This document shows positions 52,561 to 62,628 of a DNA stretch of 64,000 bases, piece after piece. The notes under the pieces were generated by a model. It was not told the DNA's origin and did not search any database. It saw only the letters and a program-made list of their open reading frames with translations. The stretch spans positions 3,387-67,386 of the forward strand of contig JAGBHF010000090.1 of assembly GCA_017935645.1 (NCBI GenBank), read 5' to 3'. This stretch comes from Bacteroidaceae bacterium (GTDB lineage Bacteria; Bacteroidota; Bacteroidia; Bacteroidales; Barnesiellaceae_A). Position numbers and translations under genes: made by a program. Positions within the stretch are counted from its first letter, which is position 1; each line of letters starts with the position of its first letter.

Positions 52561-52790
52561 TTTCCTTACACGCATCATGCTCTGGTTAAGGGTTAATCGA
52601 GCAGGGTAGTCAAATATCCCCAAACAATCAAACGCAAAACTTTATAAAAAAGCGCTCAAGTATGGGGATGATTTGCAGAGTTTTCAGTACATTCGCATAA
52701 TAATTTGGGATAGTGTGGCACAGTAGGGCTTGGTGGCTCGGTAGTGTGCCGGTATCTCGCTGATTATTAACCATACAAAACTCTACAGAT

Positions 52791-53231
52791 ATGTCAGTAA
52801 AAGTATCTATTATCAATCGTTCGCATCATGCACTTCCTTCTTATAGTACACCTCTGTCGGCGGGTATGGACATCCGCGCCAATCTTGAGGAACCCATAAC
52901 CTTGCAACCCGGCGAGCGTCGCCTTATCCCTACCGGATTGTTTATTGCCTTGCCCGAAGGCTACGAGGCTCAAATACGCCCTCGCAGCGGATTGGCTATC
53001 AAGCATGGCATTACCGTACTCAACTCGCCCGGCACTATCGATGCCGACTATCGCGGTGAAGTGGGTATTATCCTTATCAACCACTCGGACAAGGCGTTTG
53101 TTATTGAGGATGGCGAACGTGTGGGTCAAATGGTGGTGGCTCAATACAGCCGTGTAGAGTGGAACGAAACCGACACACTCGACGAAACCGAACGCGGTGC
53201 CGGTGGCTTTGGTCACACAGGTGTAAAATAA
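52791..53231 (+). CDS. dut: dUTP diphosphatase
   Basis: The [22 protein letters not shown] and GFGHTG motifs of trimeric dUTPase. 146 aa. Confidence 0.95.
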   Translation: MSVKVSIINRSHHALPSYSTPLSAGMDIRANLEEPITLQPGERRLIPTGLFIALPEGYEAQIRPRSGLAIKHGITVLNSPGTIDADYRGEVGIILINHSDKAFVIEDGERVGQMVVAQYSRVEWNETDTLDETERGAGGFGHTGVK

Positions 53232-53243
53232 TTCTACAATCGC

Positions 53244-54971
53244 ATGAAGAGACTGTTGTACATAATACTGTTTTGCATCATAGGTGGCATGGTTATGCAC
53301 GCCATTGGTGGCAAGCAACCTCGCAGTGGCGAGGCTGATGTGGCATTGTACAACTACTTCTATATGGAGGGTGAAAAGCAACACGCATTGGGCAACTTTG
53401 ATGCAGCAATGGCATTGCTTACCGAAGCCTCACGCATTCACCCCGAAGGCTTGGCAGCGCAATACAGCCTTGCCAAGTTGTACATGATGACCAATAGGGT
53501 CGACACCGCCACACAGATGCTGAAACGGGTTGCCGACAGCGACACGACACACTTCTGGTTCAATCTGGGATATGCCAACACGGCTATACACGCGCAACAG
53601 TATGACGAGGCTCGACGCATCTTCAAGCGATTGATAGCCAATCATCCCGACCACCCCGAGCTGTACAATTCGTTGGCAGCGCTTTATGCCCGCAACAAGG
53701 AGTACAAAGAGGCTCTCGCCTGCTACGATTCGGTAGAGATTTATATGGGCAACTCGCCCGAGTTGGTGGGTAATCGCATCAGTCTGTACGACATGTTGGG
53801 CGACACGGCTACAGCTATAGCCATGGCCGAGGAGCTGGTGGCCAAGCAAGCCGACAATATCTACTATATGCTATACCTGACCGACGTGTATCGCCACTAT
53901 GGGCTTAACAATCAGATGCGCGAGACACTACAGAAGGTACAGCAAGTAGCCCCCGAAGAGCCGTTGGTGTATATACAAATGGCTTCATACTACCTCTTGG
54001 AGAAAGACACCGCTGCTTACTTTAACGAGTACGACCGCCTGCTCAATAACGAGAATATCACTTGCGAAGTCAAGTTCAATGCACTCGAAAATTTTGCCAA
54101 CGAAGCTACTCGCTTTACTACCGACTCGGTTATCATCGACTACTACCGTAAGTTGGTAGAACTATACCCCTACGAACTTGCGCCACGCGACAGCTATGCA
54201 CTTATGCTCATATACACACAACGTCTGGATGAGGCCTGCAAGCAACTATCCATCATAGCCGAGCAATCGGACAAGAACGGTCAAGTGTGGGAGCAAATCA
54301 TGACGATATGCATAGACTTAGGTAAGTTCACGGATGCTATCGATGCCGGTCGCAAGGCTATTGAAGCCGGCCGAAAAGAGTGCTCGACCTATGTGTACTT
54401 GAGTAATGCACTACTTGTCGATAAGCAATATGAAGAGGCCGAGAAGTGTGCCCGAACAGCTATTGACAGCATTTGTACCCCCACAAACCGACACGAACGC
54501 TCATACTTATATGGCATACTTGCCGAGGTATATTCCAACAGGGATGAACTCGAAAAGTGTTATCAATACTACGACTCGGCATTGGTGTATAACAGCAACA
54601 ATGCCATGATACTCAACAACTACGCCTACAAACTTGCCACCAACGATGGCGACCTGCTCAAGGCCGAGACCATGAGCAACAAGAGCATCAGCTTAGACCC
54701 CGACAACACAACATTCATAGATACCTATGCATGGGTGTTGTTCAAGATGCGTAGCTACTCGCTGGCTCGCATATACATGGAAAAAGCCCTTGACAAACTC
54801 TCGCCCGAGGAGGAAGGCTCGGCCGAATACTATGAGCATTATGGCGATATACTATCCATGCTGGGCGAAACCGACAAGGCCATAGAACAGTGGAAAAAGG
54901 CTCTTGAACTCTCCCCTGAGCGTACAATCATTGAGCAGAAAATCACGCAAAAGCAATACTTGGAAGAATGA
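53244..54971 (+). CDS. TPR repeat protein (conserved dut-linked gene of Bacteroidales)
   Basis: N-terminal TM/signal anchor, then multiple 34-aa TPR-like repeats along 575 aa. Confidence 0.7.
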   Translation: MKRLLYIILFCIIGGMVMHAIGGKQPRSGEADVALYNYFYMEGEKQHALGNFDAAMALLTEASRIHPEGLAAQYSLAKLYMMTNRVDTATQMLKRVADSDTTHFWFNLGYANTAIHAQQYDEARRIFKRLIANHPDHPELYNSLAALYARNKEYKEALACYDSVEIYMGNSPELVGNRISLYDMLGDTATAIAMAEELVAKQADNIYYMLYLTDVYRHYGLNNQMRETLQKVQQVAPEEPLVYIQMASYYLLEKDTAAYFNEYDRLLNNENITCEVKFNALENFANEATRFTTDSVIIDYYRKLVELYPYELAPRDSYALMLIYTQRLDEACKQLSIIAEQSDKNGQVWEQIMTICIDLGKFTDAIDAGRKAIEAGRKECSTYVYLSNALLVDKQYEEAEKCARTAIDSICTPTNRHERSYLYGILAEVYSNRDELEKCYQYYDSALVYNSNNAMILNNYAYKLATNDGDLLKAETMSNKSISLDPDNTTFIDTYAWVLFKMRSYSLARIYMEKALDKLSPEEEGSAEYYEHYGDILSMLGETDKAIEQWKKALELSPERTIIEQKITQKQYLEE

Positions 54972-55789
54972 AAAAGAATATTTGGATAGCATTGGGTATC
55001 CTTCTCATATCACTCGTTGCAGGATGTAAAGGAAATAAAGAACTTACATCCGACAGCGAAACTGTTATACCACAGAAGGGGCAAGAGAAGGTATGCTACA
55101 ACGAAATGATGGAGACCTATGGAACATGGGAGACTTTTGTAACCAAAGGCGAGATTTCGGTGGATGGTTTCTCTTCATCATTCGAGTTGCGCATGATTCG
55201 CAACAAAGCCATACAAATATCTTTGCGACCTTTCTTAGGCATGGAGGTAGCACGCATGATTATTACCCCCGACAAGGTATATATCTATGAGAAATTGAAC
55301 AAGAGGAGCTCTTCAACCGACTTCGGCAACATACAAGAGAAGCTACCTTTCACGCTATCTTTCAGCAACTTACAGAGTATATTTCTGGGCAAAGCATTTA
55401 TATTGGGTAATGAAGATATTACAACCGATAACTTCACAGATTTCGATATAGAATTGGCCCTGCCTCAATGGATAATGACACCCAAGAAAAAGAGTGCAAG
55501 TGTTGCATATATGTTTAACTTCGAGAACAAGCAGCTTACCTACATAAGCGGTGGTAAGTCGACTGCATCACAACCATTTGAGTGTAAGTACAGCGACTAT
55601 AATGTTGTCGATGGTCATATATTGCCAACCACTATTCAAGTAACTATAAAGGATAGCAGCAAAAGCTATTCGAGCGAGATTGTATACACCTCGGCTTCAT
55701 TCAACACTCCGACAAACATCGACGATAGTCCGTTCAAGAACTACAACGAAGTATACATGTTAGACCTAATCAAGTCATTCGTCAAATGA
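54968..55789 (+). CDS. DUF4292-like (LolA-fold) lipoprotein
   Basis: Lipobox LISLVAGCKG. The size and position between the TPR gene and the M23 peptidase gene match the conserved Bacteroidales arrangement. 4-nt overlaps on both sides. Confidence 0.55.
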   Translation: MKKNIWIALGILLISLVAGCKGNKELTSDSETVIPQKGQEKVCYNEMMETYGTWETFVTKGEISVDGFSSSFELRMIRNKAIQISLRPFLGMEVARMIITPDKVYIYEKLNKRSSSTDFGNIQEKLPFTLSFSNLQSIFLGKAFILGNEDITTDNFTDFDIELALPQWIMTPKKKSASVAYMFNFENKQLTYISGGKSTASQPFECKYSDYNVVDGHILPTTIQVTIKDSSKSYSSEIVYTSASFNTPTNIDDSPFKNYNEVYMLDLIKSFVK

Positions 55790-57120
55790 ATTTTCTCAAA
55801 AAGATATTCTCCCTATTAGCGGTATTGCTCCTCTTGTGTATCGGAAGCGCAACAGCGCAAAATGTCGAGGAATTGCGACACGACAAGGAATTGGCCGAAA
55901 GCGAGCTGCGCAAGACCAATCGTGAGTTGCAAAAGACCTTGAAGAGTGCCAATAGCATGATAAAGGAGATGGAACTGCTCAATGCCGAGATAAAAGACCA
56001 AGACAAGTTTATCAAAAAGCTCAATAATGAGGTGTCGCGCCTCAACCGCCAACAACGTGCCATGCAAGACTCGATAGCCTTGCTCAAGAAAGAGTTGAAG
56101 AATAAACAAAACTCCTACGGCAAGGCCATACGCAACATGGGTCGTCGAGGCAATCACTATGATCAATTTTTGTTTATCTTCTCGGCCGAGTCTTTTCAGC
56201 AGTCAATTCGCCGCATGCGCTACCTCAAGGAGTTCTCGCAATGGCGCAAGCGACAATCGCAAGAGATTGTTGTAAAGCAAGAGGAGCTGGCTCAACAACA
56301 AGTTCGCCTCGACTCACTTATTGCCGAGCGTAAGAGTGTGATAGAATTTCGCACCCAAGAGGCCAACCAACTCAAAGGCAAAAAACGAGAAAAGAACGAA
56401 TTTGTAACACAGTTGCGCAAGAATGAAAAGTCCCTGCGCAAAGAGGCCGATAAACAACGTGCACGCATCAACAAACTCAATAAACAGATAGACGACATCA
56501 TTGCCGAAGAGGCTCGCAAAGCAGCCGAGAGAGCACGCGCTGAGGCTGAAGCCGAGGCCAAACGCCTTGCAGCAGAAAAAGCTGCATCGCAAGGTGAGAG
56601 TACACCTAAGACAGAGGATAAAAAAGAGTCGGATAAGAAGAAAACCGACAAAAAGACAACCAACTCTCAATACCAAATGACTCGCGCCGACCGTGAGCTG
56701 TCGGGTAGCTTTGAGAAAAATAAAGGCAAACTTCCCTTCCCCATACAAGGGCAATATCGCATTGTAGGACACTTTGGCTTACAGAAGCATCCCGAGTTTA
56801 AATACCTCGACAAGAACAACTTAGGTATAGACATCGAGACAACACCCGGCACAAAGACCCGCGCCATATTCGATGGCGAGGTAGCACGAGTATTCTCATT
56901 CGGTGGTGCCGAAAAGGCTGTTATGATACGACATGGTAATTACTACACCGTATATACCGGTCTTATTGAGGTGTATGTTAAGGCCGGAGACAAGGTCAAA
57001 ATCAGGCAAGACTTGGGTGTAATATACAGCGATCCCAAAGACAACAACCGCACTCGAATGTCCTTCCAAATACGTAAGGAGATGGAGAAACTAAACCCCG
57101 AGCTATGGCTCGATATTTAA
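55786..57120 (+). CDS. Coiled-coil M23-family peptidase / EnvC-like murein hydrolase activator
   Basis: Signal peptide, ~270 aa of heptad-rich Lys/Glu/Gln coiled coil, C-terminal LytM/M23 domain (GIDIETTPGTKTRAIFDGEV...VMIRHGNYYTVYTGL). Confidence 0.8.
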   Translation: MNFLKKIFSLLAVLLLLCIGSATAQNVEELRHDKELAESELRKTNRELQKTLKSANSMIKEMELLNAEIKDQDKFIKKLNNEVSRLNRQQRAMQDSIALLKKELKNKQNSYGKAIRNMGRRGNHYDQFLFIFSAESFQQSIRRMRYLKEFSQWRKRQSQEIVVKQEELAQQQVRLDSLIAERKSVIEFRTQEANQLKGKKREKNEFVTQLRKNEKSLRKEADKQRARINKLNKQIDDIIAEEARKAAERARAEAEAEAKRLAAEKAASQGESTPKTEDKKESDKKKTDKKTTNSQYQMTRADRELSGSFEKNKGKLPFPIQGQYRIVGHFGLQKHPEFKYLDKNNLGIDIETTPGTKTRAIFDGEVARVFSFGGAEKAVMIRHGNYYTVYTGLIEVYVKAGDKVKIRQDLGVIYSDPKDNNRTRMSFQIRKEMEKLNPELWLDI

Positions 57121-57141
57121 CCCACACAAGACCTTAATATC

Positions 57142-58086
57142 ATGACAACGGCATACGAAATAAGAAGATACACCCCCCAAGACAAAGACGCATGGGATAC
57201 CATGGTCGAGTGTTCGGCCAATGGTACATTCTTGTTTAAGCGTGACTACATGGAGTATCACGCACACCGTTTTGTCGACTCTTCGCTGATGATATACAGC
57301 AAAGACAAATTGGTGGCGATCCTTCCTGCTACACTCCACAACAACGAGATAAACTCACATGGGGGGCTTACATATGGAGGTTTTGTTTCGCAAGCGCAAC
57401 TCAGCTCTGTCCAGATTCTCGAAATCTTTGAAGCCGTATCGCACTACTTCCGTGAACAAGGTATTGCCTGTTGGAATTACAAACCCGTACCACACATTTA
57501 TCATACTTACCCACACGATAGCGAGCAGTATGCCCTCTATCGCCTGCAAGCCGAACGTACCGCATGCAACCTCTCGTCGACTATCGACCTGACTACGCCA
57601 TTGCGATATGCCAAGTTGCGTCGTCGAGGTATTAAGCGTGCACAGAAGTGCGGTGTCACAATTACGCAAAGTGATGATTTTGCGCCTTTTTGGAAGGTTT
57701 TAGAAGAGAATTTGCAAGAGCGACACCAAGTATTACCCGTACACTCACTCGACGAAATAACTTTGCTACACAGCCGTTTCCCACAACACATACAACTACA
57801 CACAGCCCTACTCAATGACCAAGTGGTTGCCGGATGTGTTGTGTTCAATACCGGACAAGTAGCACATGCCCAATATATCAGTGCATCGCCCGAGGGTAAA
57901 AAGTGTGGTGCGCTGGATATGCTCTTCGCACACCTTATCGAGCAGGTATATAACACAAGCCGTTACTTTGACTTCGGCATCTCGACCGAGGAGGGTGGTA
58001 AATACCTCAACAGCGGACTATTGTCGCAAAAAGAGGGATTCGGTGCACGTGGAACTATTTACGAAACATATCGCATAAACTTATGA
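57142..58086 (+). CDS. GNAT/FemAB-like acyltransferase family protein
   Basis: 314 aa with a duplicated acetyltransferase-like fold pattern. It sits at the head of a flippase/glycosyltransferase cluster. The assignment rests on general similarity only. Confidence 0.45.
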   Translation: MTTAYEIRRYTPQDKDAWDTMVECSANGTFLFKRDYMEYHAHRFVDSSLMIYSKDKLVAILPATLHNNEINSHGGLTYGGFVSQAQLSSVQILEIFEAVSHYFREQGIACWNYKPVPHIYHTYPHDSEQYALYRLQAERTACNLSSTIDLTTPLRYAKLRRRGIKRAQKCGVTITQSDDFAPFWKVLEENLQERHQVLPVHSLDEITLLHSRFPQHIQLHTALLNDQVVAGCVVFNTGQVAHAQYISASPEGKKCGALDMLFAHLIEQVYNTSRYFDFGISTEEGGKYLNSGLLSQKEGFGARGTIYETYRINL

Positions 58087-59531
58087 GCCAACCCTCCGAC
58101 AACAACCTATATCGTGTCATCACCAAGGCGGCAGCTATCTTTGGAGGTGTGCAAGTGGTGAGCATCCTATGCTCGGTCATACGCACAAAGGTTATTGCTG
58201 TGCTATTGGGTAGTGTAGGTATAGGTATTATCGGACTCTATAACAATGCTATCGAAACCATCACAGCACTCACCGGGTTGGGTATCCGCAGTAGTTCGGT
58301 GCGAGAAATATCGGAGGCTCATAATCGTGAAGACGACAACGAATTGTCGCGCATTGTGACCATTGTGCGCCGTTGGTCGTGGTTTGTCGGCTTATTGGGA
58401 GCTGTTGTACTCATAACACTCTCACCCCTGCTTAGCCAATACACCTTTGGCGATGATGAACACATATGGGGTTTTGTGTGGTTATCGTGCACCCTGCTGT
58501 TCAATGCTCTTGCTTCGGGCGAGCAGGCTATTCTGCAAGGTACCAAACAACTGAAACGTCTGGCTCGTTGCTCGGTATATGGCTCTATTGCAGCACTGAT
58601 TGTGTCAGTACCACTCTATTACTTTATGGGGGTAGACGGTATTGTACCTTCGCTCATACTTTATGCAGCGGCCACACTCATTGTCACCTTATTATACAAA
58701 GACCGTACAATAGAACAGTCTGATATATCATTACAGCAAACAGTACATCAAGGTCGTGATATGGTAACGTTAGGTGTATTTATGACCGTAAGTTCGTTTA
58801 TCACTACCCTCTTCTCTTACATCTTTGCCGCCTACCTCAATGCCCGCAGTGGTGAGGCTACCGTAGGATATTATCAGGCCGGATTTACCCTCATGAACAA
58901 ATATGTAGGATTGATTTTTACGGCAATGGCTATGGAGTACTACCCTCGATTGTCGGGTGTAGCTAACGACAATGTAAGTCTATCGCAGTACGTGGGCAAA
59001 CAGGTTGAGATGATGCAGCTCATGTTGGCCCCTATTATAGCAATCTTTATCGTGTTACACCCTATAATGGTGCAACTGCTGTACACATCCGACTTTTTTA
59101 CAATTAACGGCTATCTGCTACTTGCCATACAAGGTATTTCGTTCAAGGCAATCTCGTGGTCTATCGGATTTGTATTATTAGCCAAGGGTAGTGGCAAGCT
59201 CTACTTCATTACCGAATTACTATCCGACACCATTACCCTCGCGCTGAATATTGTTGGTTATCACTATTGGGGATTGGCCGGTGTGGGAGCATCCTACACC
59301 ATAGGATTTATACTTTATCTCATTATCATCTATGCGGTGTGCCGACACAACTATCACATTGAACCGGGTCGCAAAGCATGGATGGCAACAGCTATCACCA
59401 CACTTATTGCCGTGGCAACACTCGTGAGCTACCTCTATGTACGCCCATTAGCATGGATTATTACCCTTGCAGCAACTACGGCAAGTGGTATACTCCTATA
59501 TCGCAAGTGGAAAGGCAATGAAATGGGGTAA
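58083..59531 (+). CDS. Wzx-type oligosaccharide flippase (polysaccharide biosynthesis protein, MOP superfamily)
   Basis: About 14 TM segments. The N-terminal pattern and size (482 aa) are typical of O-unit/EPS flippases. Confidence 0.7.
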   Translation: MSQPSDNNLYRVITKAAAIFGGVQVVSILCSVIRTKVIAVLLGSVGIGIIGLYNNAIETITALTGLGIRSSSVREISEAHNREDDNELSRIVTIVRRWSWFVGLLGAVVLITLSPLLSQYTFGDDEHIWGFVWLSCTLLFNALASGEQAILQGTKQLKRLARCSVYGSIAALIVSVPLYYFMGVDGIVPSLILYAAATLIVTLLYKDRTIEQSDISLQQTVHQGRDMVTLGVFMTVSSFITTLFSYIFAAYLNARSGEATVGYYQAGFTLMNKYVGLIFTAMAMEYYPRLSGVANDNVSLSQYVGKQVEMMQLMLAPIIAIFIVLHPIMVQLLYTSDFFTINGYLLLAIQGISFKAISWSIGFVLLAKGSGKLYFITELLSDTITLALNIVGYHYWGLAGVGASYTIGFILYLIIIYAVCRHNYHIEPGRKAWMATAITTLIAVATLVSYLYVRPLAWIITLAATTASGILLYRKWKGNEMG

Positions 59532-59534
59532 TTC

Positions 59535-60632
59535 CTACTTAGACCAGAAATCGACAAATTGCTGAGCTACTTTACGGTAATCGTGATGTTGCTCAACAAA
59601 CAGACGGCTGTCGCGACACATCTGTGGAATACGTTCGCGATGCAGGATAAGGTCTTCCAATGTCCGGTATACAGCATCGGCATCGGGCAATACATTTACC
59701 ACCGGTTGCAGGTCATGAGCACCTATAAAATCGCAATACTCCGGCTCTGCACCACTAACAGCTACAATACCTTTGGCCATAGCCAATAGGGCATTGGTTG
59801 CCGGCGTATAAGAGTAGAGTTGGTCTATAAGTACATCCGACTCATACATCACACGATTGTACTCCTTATAAGGTAGGCTCTCAACGGCTGTAACATGACA
59901 TTCGTTCTTATAATCTTTCTGCAACTGCTTAAGCACATCATACATCACATCAGTACCCTTGAGAATGGAGCGATCATGCTGGATGCCTATAAAGAAGCGT
60001 AGTTGTTCAATCTTGTCGGGAATGTTACGCAAGGGGTTCTCATCAAGGTTAATAGGGATAGGAATGTATGCCAATTTATGAGCGAACTCCGGCTCATACG
60101 CCACATAATACTCCCACAAACAGGCTGCGATACCGTTACACTCCTCGGCCATGGCAATATTGGCATCGCGATTAGCGCCTTCAAGATATGCCTCACGCTC
60201 TTTGTTGTAATTGGGGCGATTAAGAGGTTTATCACCTACAAAGTAGTCGGAGTAACGATAGGTCGTTCCATCAAAACAAGCCTTGGTATAATAATGGTCG
60301 GTAGCCAAAGCCTCCATAAATATACGCTCATTCTGACGGCGCAATTGACGAAAAATAGCCAAATTCTTCTCGGGACGAAGGCTGAAAAATCCATGACCTG
60401 CAATCTGCACAACATCATAATTACGCCATGAGGGCAACAACGACATAATCTTGGTAAGGTACATCATCGAATCAACAGGGCCATAGCTTTTGCGACGGAT
60501 AGCAATATCGCAATTGGTACTCATCCATCCGCCACCATTGGACACTACGGTTACTTGATGTCCAAGTTGACGCAAGCCTTGCGACAACGTCCAATGGAAA
60601 TTACTTGCGTCACCTACCAATAGGATTTTCAT
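59535..60632 (-). CDS. GT-B fold glycosyltransferase (GT1/GT4-like)
   Basis: The MKILLVGD... N-terminus is typical of the Rossmann N-domain of GT4-type enzymes. It lies in the polysaccharide locus. Its stop is 3 nt from the flippase stop (convergent). Confidence 0.55.
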   Translation of the reverse strand: MKILLVGDASNFHWTLSQGLRQLGHQVTVVSNGGGWMSTNCDIAIRRKSYGPVDSMMYLTKIMSLLPSWRNYDVVQIAGHGFFSLRPEKNLAIFRQLRRQNERIFMEALATDHYYTKACFDGTTYRYSDYFVGDKPLNRPNYNKEREAYLEGANRDANIAMAEECNGIAACLWEYYVAYEPEFAHKLAYIPIPINLDENPLRNIPDKIEQLRFFIGIQHDRSILKGTDVMYDVLKQLQKDYKNECHVTAVESLPYKEYNRVMYESDVLIDQLYSYTPATNALLAMAKGIVAVSGAEPEYCDFIGAHDLQPVVNVLPDADAVYRTLEDLILHRERIPQMCRDSRLFVEQHHDYRKVAQQFVDFWSK

Positions 60633-61440
60633 AGCGTACTACCTTTCTATAATAATCTATACCCTTAAAAGTATTGCGTAACAACACATCGAAGCGACCT
60701 TGACGCGACAAGGCCGAAGTAAGGGCAAACTTAAACATTCTCAACCACGACGTTACTCCATGTAAGTAGTAGTGCACAGCACCCTTGGCCATCATTACCT
60801 TTTCATCGGTATATGTGCGCATGCCTGTACTGTCCGACGGTGCTTCTACTGCATATTCGGGGAAGAATCGTATCGTGAGCCCCATGTGATAAGCATCATA
60901 AAAGAGCACTTCCTCCTCGCCACAAACAAAATAGGGCGAACCCAACCCAAAGCGTTCATCAAAAAACAGGCGACCTTGCACCGAGGCTACTCGCAAGGCT
61001 ATTTCGGGCGATGTTACATACATGCCTTTGGCCACACGTGGATAGGTGTAGGAGTATTGGGGATAGTCCTTGATATATCCTCCATCAAGAGCTTTTATCA
61101 TGAACTGAGCAACATCGAGCTTTTGGTCTTTCGCAAAGGCAGCTATAACTCGGTCGAAATACTCATCACAATATCGCACATCGTCGTCGGCAATAAGAGC
61201 AATATCGCCGGAAGCATGCTTCAGGGCATTATTGCGATTACGTGACAAACCTTTGCCCGGCAAGGTTACAACACGCACGTCGGTACGCTCATGCAATACC
61301 TGTGGTATTTGTTGCAAATATGCCTCTTGCGTATATTGCATCGACACAATATAGTCTACATCGGCACGCTGAGGTAACAATATATCCGACACCTTAGCAA
61401 TGCCTTCGTTAAGAGTACATATAAGCACATTTAATTTCAT
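60610..61440 (-). CDS. Family 2 glycosyltransferase
   Basis: MKLNVLICTLNEG..., DDD motif (IALIADDDV). ATG 61440 chosen within track ORF 60610..61479. Confidence 0.7.
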   Translation of the reverse strand: MKLNVLICTLNEGIAKVSDILLPQRADVDYIVSMQYTQEAYLQQIPQVLHERTDVRVVTLPGKGLSRNRNNALKHASGDIALIADDDVRYCDEYFDRVIAAFAKDQKLDVAQFMIKALDGGYIKDYPQYSYTYPRVAKGMYVTSPEIALRVASVQGRLFFDERFGLGSPYFVCGEEEVLFYDAYHMGLTIRFFPEYAVEAPSDSTGMRTYTDEKVMMAKGAVHYYLHGVTSWLRMFKFALTSALSRQGRFDVLLRNTFKGIDYYRKVVRYENPIGR

Positions 61441-61444
61441 ATTG

Positions 61445-61452
61445 CAAACATA
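61445..61452 (-). promoter_or_regulatory. -7 box TATGTTTG placed 4 nt from the GT2 ATG (leaderless geometry)
   Basis: The minus strand reads TATGTTTG-CAAT-ATG. Confidence 0.45.
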
Positions 61453-61550
61453 AGAAAAAAAACGAACAATCACTATCATTATATATGATAGGATGCGGTT
61501 CGGAGTAAAAAAATCAAGTAAACTTGTTTTTTTATTCTCTCACCTTTCAC

Positions 61551-61558
61551 TATCTTTG
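61551..61558 (+). promoter_or_regulatory. -7 box TATCTTTG placed 4 nt from the GT2 ATG (leaderless geometry)
   Basis: The sequence reads TATCTTTG-ACAC-ATG. An alternative in-frame ATG lies at 61575 (MSIVIPVYN). Confidence 0.45.
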
Positions 61559-61562
61559 ACAC

Positions 61563-62525
61563 ATGAATGAAGTAATGAGCATAGTGATACCGGTGTACAA
61601 TCGTGCCGTGGAATTGCCCCGTACAATGGCATCTATCGTGGCACAAGACTACCGACCTCTGCGGGTGATATTGGTGGATAATAACTCTACCGATAATTCA
61701 CTGGCGGTGTGTCACAACATGCAACAACTTTATCAAGAGGAACAACTGTGCATAGAGGTCGTACAACAAATGCGACCCGGTGCATCGGCGGCACGAAACA
61801 GAGGTCTGGAGCTGGTAGACAGCCGATACATGATGTTTTTCGATAGCGACGACGAGATGCATGGCGACACCGTTTCGCGCTACATGCAAGCCTTCGCATC
61901 ACACCCCGATGCCGACATAATAGGGGCAACTATCAACTTCCACAACGGCTCAAAGACCTTTCTTGCCAAGGCAGTCTTCTCATCCGACCCCGAGCCACAC
62001 ATCATACATGGCACACTATCGACTCAACGTTTTGCCGTACGCACACAACTCATCCGCGAGGTAGGAGGTTGGCAAGAGGCGTATAACGGTTGGGAAGATT
62101 GGAACTTGGGATTGAGACTGCTCCTTTACACTCAAAGGATTTATTGGTTTAAAGAATCGCCCGTTGCCAAAGTGTATCTGCACAAAAACACCCTCACAGC
62201 ACGTACCAACATCGACGGATATCGAAATTTCTACCAAGCTGTACGACACACGCTGAAGGATATAGCATCGATAGGACACACACGCAAGCACCGATTGATG
62301 CGACTTGTACTATATCGCCAAGTCTTATTAGCGGCACATATACAGCGTGAGGCTCACAAACAGAACAATGACGAGCTACGCCAATTTGCACAGCAAATAT
62401 ACAAAGAGGCTATGAATGACCGACTCACCACAAGAGCTATGCGATGTTTTTTCCCAATATGTCGCCTATATGCCTCACATGGAGGTCGTGGCAGTGGTAC
62501 AATAGCCCAATGGATTATCCGATAG
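61563..62525 (+). CDS. Family 2 glycosyltransferase
   Basis: SIVIPVYNRAVELPRTMASIVAQDY...ILVDNNSTDNS and the DSDD motif. Confidence 0.8.
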   Translation: MNEVMSIVIPVYNRAVELPRTMASIVAQDYRPLRVILVDNNSTDNSLAVCHNMQQLYQEEQLCIEVVQQMRPGASAARNRGLELVDSRYMMFFDSDDEMHGDTVSRYMQAFASHPDADIIGATINFHNGSKTFLAKAVFSSDPEPHIIHGTLSTQRFAVRTQLIREVGGWQEAYNGWEDWNLGLRLLLYTQRIYWFKESPVAKVYLHKNTLTARTNIDGYRNFYQAVRHTLKDIASIGHTRKHRLMRLVLYRQVLLAAHIQREAHKQNNDELRQFAQQIYKEAMNDRLTTRAMRCFFPICRLYASHGGRGSGTIAQWIIR

Positions 62526-62600
62526 GATTCCTTTAACAGCATATAACACAAAAGCCCATCGTTGAGGAGAAAAATCGCGTGTGTATTGAGCAAAAATTCG

Positions 62601-62608
62601 TACATTTG
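62601..62608 (+). promoter_or_regulatory. -7 promoter box TACATTTG for dgt
   Basis: Exact TAnnTTTG match, 20 nt upstream of ATG 62629. Confidence 0.5.
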
Positions 62609-62628
62609 CATAAAGATTATACACGACA

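Noticed and set aside
52794-53384. 196-aa minus-strand ORF
   Set aside because: It is the antisense shadow of dut and of the start of the TPR gene.
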